Shown here: positions 43,301-50,076 of the stretch, one piece after another | Numbering within the stretch: the first letter of the stretch is position 1 | Layout of the letters: each line of letters begins with the position of its first letter | Assembly (NCBI GenBank): GCA_949290475.1 | Contig: CASESB010000082.1 | Span: forward strand, 1 to 52,059 | Direction of reading: 5' to 3' | DNA length: 52,059 nt | Source: an uncultured Bacillota bacterium | Lineage (GTDB): Bacteria; Bacillota; Clostridia; Peptostreptococcales; Anaerovoracaceae | Translations under genes and position numbers: made by a program | The notes under the pieces: generated by a model | What the model saw: the letters and a program-made list of their open reading frames with translations, nothing else | Told to the model about the DNA's origin: nothing | Database searches by the model: none

Positions 43301-44110
43301 ATTTTTCTCCCTGCTGCCGTACACGTCCTTCCTCATGTCGAGGTACTGCGCAAAGGCCTGCGCCACCAGCCTGCCGTACGGACTGTCGTCAAAGCCCACG
43401 TCCTTCAGCGTCGTATTGAACGTCGTGTGCCTGCAGTGATCCGACCAGTAGGTGTCGATGACCTTCAGCTCCGTCAGCGTCGGATCGCGTTTCTCGTCCT
43501 CGAGATAATACTGCTGCACGAACCTTATATCGGCAGGGCTCATGGCGAAGCCCATTTCTTTCCTATAATCCTCTAGCGCCGCTTCCGTCATGGTCCTGAA
43601 CCCGTCTATGACGGCCACATCCTCAGGCACCGTCGTTTCCATCTCCAGATTATCCGGCTTCTCGACAGCGGCTATCTGCGAATCCACCGGATTGACGCAG
43701 TAGCTCCTGACAGCATCAAGCTCCGCCTCGCTGATATCTCCCTCCAGCACTATCGTCCTGGCGAACTTGACGGTCGCCTCAGCGGCTGTGTTCATCAGCT
43801 TTATACACTGGGCAGCGGAGTCGGCACGCTGGTCATACTGTCCCGGCAGATATTCCACCGCAAAAAAAACAGCAGAACCGGCGTCCTCAGGCATCGTTTC
43901 TTCGTATACGACATCTATGGCAGGTTCTGCAAATACCGTGTATTTTGCCGCCTCGTAGGTAGCGTCATCTATACCGTCAATATCGTAACGGTTAAGTATC
44001 CTTATACCCGTAAGGCCTTCGATGTGCAGATTCTCCTTCACATCGTTGAAGAGCGCTCCGGCTTCCACATCAAAGCCCTTTTTCTTTTCAACGTAGATCC
44101 TTCTTACCAT
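40346..44110 (-). CDS. purL: Phosphoribosylformylglycinamidine synthase, fused large form
   Basis: WSDHCRH, KNETHNHPTEIEPFGGAAT, DFGAGG, GGKDSMSG; glutaminase domain FPGTNC, GICNGFQ, MGHSE. Confidence 0.97.
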   Translation of the reverse strand: MVRRIYVEKKKGFDVEAGALFNDVKENLHIEGLTGIRILNRYDIDGIDDATYEAAKYTVFAEPAIDVVYEETMPEDAGSAVFFAVEYLPGQYDQRADSAAQCIKLMNTAAEATVKFARTIVLEGDISEAELDAVRSYCVNPVDSQIAAVEKPDNLEMETTVPEDVAVIDGFRTMTEAALEDYRKEMGFAMSPADIRFVQQYYLEDEKRDPTLTELKVIDTYWSDHCRHTTFNTTLKDVGFDDSPYGRLVAQAFAQYLDMRKDVYGSREKNLCLMDMACIGAKYLKKHGKVDDLDESEEINACSIKVKARINGREEDWLVMFKNETHNHPTEIEPFGGAATCLGGAIRDPLSGRVYVYQAMRVTGAADPRRPVSETLSGKLPQRKITREAAHGYSSYGNQIGLATGLVNEVYHDDYVAKRMEIGAVVGAAPADHVIRKTPQKGDVIILVGGRTGRDGCGGATGSSKEHTEESILQCGAEVQKGNPPVERNIQRLFRRKEVATLIKRCNDFGAGGVSVAIGKLADGLEINLDLVPKKYEGLDGTELAISESQERMAVVVDAADEEKFIAYADEENLEATTVAQVTDTNRVRMYWREKCILDLSRDFLNTNGAQQFASAFAADPQFVTGIGGDLSDILKETKTKEELLTDLNCCSKKGLIEMFDSTIGAATVLMPLGGRYQLSPAAGMAAKLPVTEGETDTATVMSYGFDPELAVKSPFHGALYAVVDSVTKIVAMGGDYSRIRLTFQEYFEKLGEDPARWGKPMAALLGALRVQKELEIPAIGGKDSMSGTFMDIDVPPTLASFAITAMDAGDVISTEFKFAGSKLVAVTTPIARDGVIDFDIYRNNLRKVRELAAAGKVLAADTIGRGGLYMTMVRMAAGNRIGADIKAEGDILSPMYGSLVLEIPGAEDVDSLLAGAVYTVLGTTTADRNITINGEAEDIKELTAQWSDTLEGVFPVRTPEFRYAEDNTAVEQPVYAIRNTTGPAVKIARPRVVIPAFPGTNCEVDSARAFRKAGAEADIHIIRNLTTAQLEDSIKELERKIRTSQIIMIPGGFSGGDEPDGSAKFITAVFRNPGIRDAVADLLENRDGLMLGICNGFQALIKLGLVPEGRIVDGTEDSPTLTYNRIGRHASCLVRTGITSVKSPWLAGVNVGDVFTIPVSHGEGRFIASEDVLERLKANGQIATQYVDFDGNPSMDIAFNPNGSVMAIEGITSPDGRVLGKMGHSERIGHDLYKNVLGDKDQKIFESGVKYFK

Positions 44111-44174
44111 TGATATATTTCTTCCTTTCCGTTCTCAAAAGCAGCGTCGCGCACAATACATTCATTATATGATA

Positions 44175-44203
44175 ATGTTAGCACTTTTGGCCTGTCATAT
44201 CAA
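44175..44203 (-). promoter_or_regulatory. Candidate sigma-A promoter of the pur operon
   Basis: TTGATA-N17-TAACAT on the minus strand, with a further TATAAT a few nt downstream. Confidence 0.45.
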
Positions 44204-44240
44204 TGTCTTTCGCGCAAAAACTTTGAAATTTGAACGTTTT

Positions 44241-44277
44241 ACGAACATTGCCCGCATGTTTGCTTCCTATCGTTCGT
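44241..44277. promoter_or_regulatory. Bacillus-type PurR operator (paired PurBoxes)
   Basis: ACGAAC (44241-44246) and GTTCGT (44272-44277) give GAAC-N25-GTTC, matching the GAAC-N24/25-GTTC arrangement of PurR targets; upstream of purL. Confidence 0.65.
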
Positions 44278-44370
44278 GTCACCTGAACGCCACGGCCGCC
44301 ACACGCGGTTTTCAACGATTCTTCACAGGCGTTTCTCCAAATCAGCATATTCGGCTGTTACTATATAATC

Positions 44371-44465
44371 ACCCCAAAGGGGTAAAACACCTCTCCTAAT
44401 AAATAGTAAATAAGTGTGATGACAGCGAAAAGCTGCCGGAGCTCGAAGCTCAGGCAGCTTTTTCG
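44371..44465 (+). ncRNA. Candidate small RNA of about 95 nt
   Basis: Extended -10 (TGTTACTAT, overlapping TATAAT) at 44356-44369, 5' hairpin ACCCC-AAA-GGGGT, CACCTCTCCT motif, then a strong terminator; no credible ORF. Confidence 0.4.
44426..44465. terminator. Bidirectional intrinsic terminator (cysK and/or the candidate sRNA)
   Basis: CGAAAAGCTGCC...GGCAGCTTTTTCG inverted repeat. Confidence 0.8.
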
Positions 44466-44554
44466 TATGTATTCACGCTTTTTCGCGCGCGGCGCACCGC
44501 ATCGCCGCCGGACGCGCAGTCTTCAAACGTCACGCAGACGCCGGACGCCGCCCA

Positions 44555-45472
44555 TCAGAATATGCTCAGATATCTCTCGCCCGTGTCCGGCAGCACCACG
44601 ATTATCCTCTTGCCGGCGTTTTCCTCTCTGGCGGCCACCTGCCCGGCCGCCCAGAGCGCAGCTCCCGACGACACTCCCGTCAGCAGCCCTTCCGTACGCG
44701 CCAGCTCCTTCATCGTCTCCAACGCGTCATCATCGCTCACGGTGATGATCTCATCCATGATGTCCACATCCAGCACCTCGGGCACGAAATTGGCTCCTAT
44801 GCCCTGGATCTTGTGAGGTCCCGCCTTGCCCTCCGTAACCAGCGGCGATGCCGCCGGTTCCACGCCGATGACTCTGATCGACGGATCCTTCTCCTTGAGA
44901 TATCTGCCCACGCCTGTCACAGTACCTCCAGTGCCGAACGCCGACACGAAAATATCAAGCTTACCGTCGGTGTCGCGCCATATCTCAGGGCCGGTGGTTT
45001 CATAGTGCGCCTGCGGATTGGCCGGATTTTCAAACTGACCGGCGATGATACTTCCCGGTATCTCACGCGCCAGCTCATCCGCCTTGTCCAGGCTTCCCTT
45101 CATGCCCAGAGACTTGTCCGTCAGCACCAGCTCGGCTCCCAGAGCCGCCAGCAGCTTTCGCCTTTCCACGCTCATGCTCTCCGGCATGACCATGATGGCC
45201 TTATAGCCCCTGGCCGCCGCCGTCATCGCCAGCCCTACTCCCGTGTTGCCGCTCGTCGGCTCTATGATCGTACCGCCCGGCTTGAGTCTGCCGCTTTTCT
45301 CGGCTTCTATCACCATGTTGTAGCCTACCCTGTCCTTGATGCTTCCCGCCGGGTTGAACAGCTCTACCTTCGCTACGATCTCTGCGCGGGCGCCGAAGCG
45401 CTCTTCCATCCTGTGAAGCCTGAGAAGCGGCGTATCGCCTATCAGCTCCGTTATCGTGTTCTTTATATTCAT
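44555..45472 (-). CDS. cysK: Cysteine synthase A
   Basis: [15 protein letters not shown] (PLP Lys), [29 protein letters not shown]. Confidence 0.96.
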   Translation of the reverse strand: MNIKNTITELIGDTPLLRLHRMEERFGARAEIVAKVELFNPAGSIKDRVGYNMVIEAEKSGRLKPGGTIIEPTSGNTGVGLAMTAAARGYKAIMVMPESMSVERRKLLAALGAELVLTDKSLGMKGSLDKADELAREIPGSIIAGQFENPANPQAHYETTGPEIWRDTDGKLDIFVSAFGTGGTVTGVGRYLKEKDPSIRVIGVEPAASPLVTEGKAGPHKIQGIGANFVPEVLDVDIMDEIITVSDDDALETMKELARTEGLLTGVSSGAALWAAGQVAAREENAGKRIIVVLPDTGERYLSIF

Positions 45473-45499
45473 ACTGACCTCCTGTCGCGGCCGTGCGGA

Positions 45500-46120
45500 T
45501 CAGAACGCTTCCGTCTCCGTCACTGCACCGTCTTCCAAATACAACATATATCCGTGCCCCGGATCCGGTATCCACTTGTAAAAGTGCTCCCGCTCCCGCG
45601 GGTGTATGCTCTCCATTATCGCCGATATCGTGCCTCCGTGGCATACGGCGATGGAAAGCGCCTCCTGCTCCTTATGCCGCAGCGCAAGCACTCTGCGGGC
45701 ATGCCTGGCCTTCAGCTCCTCAAAGCCCCGGTTCGCTCTCTTGTAAAACGCCATCAGGCTCTCACCGTTCGGCGGCGACAGCGACCCCAGCTTATCGGCT
45801 CTCCAGCTCCTGTACTCTTCAAGATCCTTGAGCTCGCCGTGGCTCTTCATCTCAAAATCGCCGAAGTTCAGCTCCTTGAGCCGGTCCAGCACTTCATGCT
45901 CCCTTCTGCCGTATATGAGCTCCATGGTCTGCTCGGCGCGTCTCAGGCCGCTGGTGTAAAACTCCGCGCCCTCTCCGTCAGGGTAGAGCCCCGAAGCGGC
46001 CAGCTCTTTTATATCGCGTACTCCCTCCTCGGAAAGCGGAATATCGGCATAGCCGTAGTATAGCTTGTGCTTATTTCCTTCTGTCTTGCCATGCCTTATG
46101 AGGCATATCCTGGATTTCAT
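45500..46120 (-). CDS. Histidine phosphatase family protein (phosphoglycerate mutase/CobC-like)
   Basis: LIRHGKT, SGLRRA, ELNFGDFE, PNGES, VCHGGTI. Confidence 0.88.
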   Translation of the reverse strand: MKSRICLIRHGKTEGNKHKLYYGYADIPLSEEGVRDIKELAASGLYPDGEGAEFYTSGLRRAEQTMELIYGRREHEVLDRLKELNFGDFEMKSHGELKDLEEYRSWRADKLGSLSPPNGESLMAFYKRANRGFEELKARHARRVLALRHKEQEALSIAVCHGGTISAIMESIHPREREHFYKWIPDPGHGYMLYLEDGAVTETEAF

Positions 46121-46286
46121 CTGCCTACCTTCTTTCTGTCAGCCCGCAGCTTCGCAGTCATTCACTGCCTTTGGCGCTCCATCTTCGGCTCCGTTTGCCG
46201 CCCGGGATGCCGCTCTGTTCTCTGCTGTACGCTGCGCTCTTGCGGGCGCTATAATATAATATACCACAAATAGCGGCCCGGCAAAA

Positions 46287-46334
46287 TGCAGATTGCGTTA
46301 AATTTGCGGCTGCAGATGGTGTTAAATTTGCGAC
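46287..46334. repeat. Two imperfect 24-bp tandem repeats in the divergent promoter region
   Basis: TGCAGATTGCGTTAAATTTGCGGC followed by TGCAGATGGTGTTAAATTTGCGAC. Confidence 0.7.
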
Positions 46335-46351
46335 TGCCGGCCGGCGCAGTC

Positions 46352-46380
46352 TTGATAACTCGCAGCTTTACTGCTATACT
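46352..46380 (+). promoter_or_regulatory. Sigma-A-type promoter of the EamA-larE-mazG operon
   Basis: TTGATA-N17-TATACT with a TG extension. Confidence 0.6.
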
Positions 46381-46564
46381 TTTCTTTGGTTCTGCGAACG
46401 GCCGCGCGATTGCGCGCCTGCAGACCTGCAGGCAGGCAAGACGCAGTGCGGCAATCTCCGCGAACAGGCTGCTGCGTGCTGCGGCAACCTCCGCGAGCAG
46501 CGCAAGCTGCCGAAAAGCGCAGGCAAGCAGCGCCAGCCAATAACTTTTACAAGGAACATATATC

Positions 46565-47542
46565 ATGAACTCAAAATTAAAATCGACAGCATGTCTTTTT
46601 ATAACAGCTATAATCTGGGGCTCGGCCTTCGTCGCTCAGAAATGGGGGATGGAATCGGTCCTGCCGCTGTATTTCAGCGCCTTCAGGATGCTCATCGGTT
46701 CGCTGGCGCTGTTCATCATGATCGCGCTGACAAACGCCGTCAGCAAGAGGCGCCGCGCGTCAGCCGGGACAGGAGCATCAGACAAGACAGAAACGTCAGC
46801 CGGGACAGGCTCGTCAGAAAGGCGGGCTGCGAATGACAGCAGGACGCTGCGCATCGGCGGACTGGTATGCGGCGTGGTGATTTTCTTCGCCTTCAATCTG
46901 CAGCAGCTGGGACTTGTCTCGGTGGACGCCGGCAAGACGGGCTTTATCACTGCCCTGTATATCATACTGGTGCCGATACTCGGCATCTTCCTCAAGCATA
47001 AAACATCGCTGTTCACATGGATGGCCGCCGTAATCGGCGTCTTCGGTCTGTACTTCCTGTGCATCACCGAGGATTTCACGATCATGCGCGGCGATATCAT
47101 CGTCATGATCGGCGCGTTCTTCTGGGCCGCGCATATCCTCTGCATCGACCACTTCGCTCCGAAGGTGAATATACTCAAGCTCAACGCCTATCAGTTCCTG
47201 ATAGCCGGCATTATGAGTCTGATCGTAGCTCCGTTTACGGGAGACATCACTCTGGCCGGCGCGCTGGACGCCGCTCCTGCCATACTGTACGCGGCGATAT
47301 TCTCGACCGCCATTGCCTATTCGTTCCAGGCTTACGGCCAGCGCGGCCTCAATCCGACGGTAGCCTCGATAATAATGAGCACAGAGGCGTTGTTTGCAGT
47401 CATATTCGGCGGCATCTTCCTGCACGAGACGATGACGTTCAGGGAAATCATAGGCTGTGCACTGATGTTCGCCGCCGTGATTCTGGCTCAGATACCGCCT
47501 CCCGGCAGCTCCGCGAAAGGAAGTGATGCAGATGCTGCATGA
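46565..47542 (+). CDS. DMT/EamA family transporter
   Basis: IWGSAFVAQK, AGKTGFITALYIILVP, ASIIMSTEALFAVIFG..FLHE; about 10 TMs. Confidence 0.92.
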   Translation: MNSKLKSTACLFITAIIWGSAFVAQKWGMESVLPLYFSAFRMLIGSLALFIMIALTNAVSKRRRASAGTGASDKTETSAGTGSSERRAANDSRTLRIGGLVCGVVIFFAFNLQQLGLVSVDAGKTGFITALYIILVPILGIFLKHKTSLFTWMAAVIGVFGLYFLCITEDFTIMRGDIIVMIGAFFWAAHILCIDHFAPKVNILKLNAYQFLIAGIMSLIVAPFTGDITLAGALDAAPAILYAAIFSTAIAYSFQAYGQRGLNPTVASIIMSTEALFAVIFGGIFLHETMTFREIIGCALMFAAVILAQIPPPGSSAKGSDADAA

Positions 47543-48425
47543 CGATATCACGATGACAAGTGCTCTCCGCAAAAAACTGGACGCACTGACCGACATGCTG
47601 AACGGCTGCGGTAAAATTGCCGTAGCTCTTTCAGGAGGCGTCGACAGCGTCTTTCTGCTGGTTTTCGCGCGAAAGGTCCTGGGCGCCGATAATATCCTGG
47701 CTCTGACCGCGACAGGCCCGCACTTCGCCGAGGATGAAACGGGCTACGCTATCCGGCTCTGCGACGAGCTGGGGATCGCACACGAGACCGCAGCGATGGA
47801 CGGCATACTCAACGTGATAGGAGACAATCCGCCTGACAGGTGCTACATATGCAAGCGTGAAATATTCTCAGGACTGAAAGCCATGGCCGACGGCCGCGGT
47901 TTTGTCCTCGCCGACGGCACCAACCTCGACGATCTGGACGACTACAGACCCGGCCGCAGAGCCCTGAATGAGCTGGGCATACGCAGCCCGCTGAAGGATG
48001 CAGGTCTCACGAAACAGGATATCAGGACGGCTCTTGCGCTGCTGGCAGCCGACGATGACGTTGTACGCCGCTCTCTGCATATCAATACCGAGGACGGCAG
48101 CATGCTGCCAGTATGGGAAAAACCGGCCTTTGCATGCCTGGCTTCCAGAATACCGTACGGCCAGTCCATAACCGCCGACAAGCTCTCGGCGATCTACAGA
48201 GCCGAGAGCTTCATGAAACGCCTGGGCTTTACACAGATACGCGTACGCCATCACGGCGACGTGGCGAGGGTAGAGGTTTTACCTGAGGACAGGAAGCGGT
48301 TTTTCAGTGAAGAGCTTATGGATACTGTAAACGAGGGGATAAAGGACTGCGGCTTCAGATACGCCGCCCTCGATCTGGGCGGGTACAGGATGGGCAGTCT
48401 CAACACCGACGAAGATAAGGAGTGA
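47532..48425 (+). CDS. larE: LarE-family ATP-dependent sulfur transferase
   Basis: ALSGGVDS PP-loop, NPPDRCYICK, DGTNLDDLDDYRPG, ACLASRIPYG, QIRVRHHG. Start could be 47523, 47526 or 47532. Confidence 0.88.
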   Translation: MLHDDITMTSALRKKLDALTDMLNGCGKIAVALSGGVDSVFLLVFARKVLGADNILALTATGPHFAEDETGYAIRLCDELGIAHETAAMDGILNVIGDNPPDRCYICKREIFSGLKAMADGRGFVLADGTNLDDLDDYRPGRRALNELGIRSPLKDAGLTKQDIRTALALLAADDDVVRRSLHINTEDGSMLPVWEKPAFACLASRIPYGQSITADKLSAIYRAESFMKRLGFTQIRVRHHGDVARVEVLPEDRKRFFSEELMDTVNEGIKDCGFRYAALDLGGYRMGSLNTDEDKE

Positions 48426-48430
48426 TTGAT

Positions 48431-48982
48431 ATGTCAGCAGATAAGATTTCAGGCGCAGGGCGCTGTTCAAAGCCGGACGCGGGCTTCAGCCCGGACGCAA
48501 ATCTCAGCCCGGACACGAGATCAAATGCATGCCCGGACGCGAGATCAAATGCATGCCCGGACGCTAACGTCAGGAGATTCGATCCGGAAAATCCCAGGAA
48601 ATACGACTTCAGCGACTTCCTGGATATCATCGCCGCGCTGCGGGCTCCGGACGGCTGTCCCTGGGACATAAAGCAGACGCACGAATCGCTGAAGGAATGT
48701 CTTGTCGAAGAGTCCGGAGAGGTGATCGCGGCCATCGACAACCGCGATGACGCCAACCTCTGCGAAGAGCTCGGCGATCTGCTGCTGCAGGTGGTGATGC
48801 ACGCTCAAATAGCTGCAGAGCGCGGCAGCTTCACGATGGACGATGTGATACAGGGCGTGTCCGAGAAGATGATCCGCCGCCATCCGCATGTGTTCGGCGA
48901 CGTCAAGGTGACATCGCAGGAAGAAAGTCTGGCGCTGTGGAAGCAGATAAAGGAGAAGGAAAAGGAAAGAGCCGGGAAATGA
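48431..48982 (+). CDS. MazG-family nucleotide pyrophosphohydrolase, single domain with repetitive N-terminal extension
   Basis: LRAPDGCPWD..QTHESL, EELGDLLLQVVMHAQI, KMIRRHPHVFG; ATG 48431 with AAGGAG RBS. Confidence 0.9.
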   Translation: MSADKISGAGRCSKPDAGFSPDANLSPDTRSNACPDARSNACPDANVRRFDPENPRKYDFSDFLDIIAALRAPDGCPWDIKQTHESLKECLVEESGEVIAAIDNRDDANLCEELGDLLLQVVMHAQIAAERGSFTMDDVIQGVSEKMIRRHPHVFGDVKVTSQEESLALWKQIKEKEKERAGK

Positions 48983-48983
48983 T

Positions 48984-49013
48984 AAAGAGCTGCAAAGCAA
49001 ATTGCAGCTCTTT
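48984..49013. terminator. Probable bidirectional terminator after the mazG-like gene
   Basis: 12-bp perfect inverted repeat AAAGAGCTGCAA-N6-TTGCAGCTCTTT. Confidence 0.65.
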
Positions 49014-49037
49014 GTCTATATCCTTGATTTTTATTCG

Positions 49038-49212
49038 TTTTGCAGTCATTTTTAAATTTTTTTATATATGACTGCAAAATTTTGTGCGTTTGCAGGTTTA
49101 AAGCCCCATATGAGCCCATTCAAGCCCTCTACAAAACGGGCCACATCATTCAAAATCGTTCAACCCCATTGATTTATGCAGTCATTCAGGTGAAAACAGC
49201 AAAACAACTGCA
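49038..49212. repeat. Spaced inverted repeats (TGCAGT-N24-ACTGCA) in an AT-rich intergenic patch
   Basis: TTTTGCAGTCAT...ATGACTGCAAAA at 49038-49079; TGCAGT 49177 / ACTGCA 49207; a degenerate unit near 49088-49138. Confidence 0.65.
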
Positions 49213-49235
49213 AATAGATATATAGCATTACATCA

Positions 49236-50045
49236 TCACAGCACGTTCCAGAGGCGTTCTTCGTCGATGCCGATATCGGCGACGATGATACGGCCGCAGT
49301 ACGGAGCGGCAAAGCGCTGCAGGTGTACGGGCTTCCTAGCGTGAAACGTGACGGTTACGTCAGCTCTGACGCTCCTGGTCTCCATCTCCTTTTCTTCCGT
49401 CAGGTCACCGCCGAGGCCGGACGGTATATCCAGAGAAAATATCAGCGGTGACGTAGATGACGCCGCGGCTTTTTCGGCGGCGAATTTGTTCATATAGATC
49501 GCTGCTCTGAGACCGTTGCCGGCAAGCGAGCCGCGAAAGCCCGTGCCGTATATGGCGTCCACGATGATGTCGGGGCGCCATTTCATATTCATAAGCGCTC
49601 TTTCGTCTCTCTTCATATCGGCGATGACGACAGGCAACTCGCGAAGCAGCTCAAAATTCGTGATCGCATCCTCCGTCACCGGTTTTCCGTCCACCAGGAT
49701 CACTGTGACGCGATATCCTTGAAGGCTCATGAGCCTGGCGACCACGAAGCCGTCTCCGCCGTTATTGCCCTTGCCGCAGAAAACAATGACATTTCTGCCA
49801 TCCTCCACAGGAGCTGTGACGCTGGCGATGTGCGATGGTGCCGCCGAAAAATCCGCGCGTCCATCCGCAACCGCTGCGCCGGTGCCGGTCGTATCCCTGT
49901 AAGCCACGGTCTCCATGATGGCCGAGGCCGCAGCGCTGCCGGCGTTCTCCATCATCTGGTAGTAGGACAGCCCGTCTTCGTCGGCTCTCCGCTCCAGGAT
50001 CTTCATCTGCCCGCATGTGACAAAATGTTCGCTTTCTTTTTTCAT
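49236..50045 (-). CDS. nnrE: NAD(P)H-hydrate epimerase (stand-alone YjeF_N)
   Basis: MMENAG, CGKGNNGGDG, DAIYGTG, SLDIPSG, TVTF, ADIGI; ATG 50045 with GGAGG RBS. Confidence 0.9.
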   Translation of the reverse strand: MKKESEHFVTCGQMKILERRADEDGLSYYQMMENAGSAAASAIMETVAYRDTTGTGAAVADGRADFSAAPSHIASVTAPVEDGRNVIVFCGKGNNGGDGFVVARLMSLQGYRVTVILVDGKPVTEDAITNFELLRELPVVIADMKRDERALMNMKWRPDIIVDAIYGTGFRGSLAGNGLRAAIYMNKFAAEKAAASSTSPLIFSLDIPSGLGGDLTEEKEMETRSVRADVTVTFHARKPVHLQRFAAPYCGRIIVADIGIDEERLWNVL

Positions 50046-50076
50046 CAGCTCACCTCCGTGCCGCTGCACAAACGAT

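Noticed and set aside
44111-44350. Purine or ZTP riboswitch upstream of purL
   Set aside because: No recognisable aptamer core or terminator in the short leader; a PurR-type operator fits better.
46249-46568. Several short ORFs in the divergent intergenic region
   Set aside because: Low-complexity Ala/Arg/Cys translations of GC-rich repeats that overlap promoter elements.
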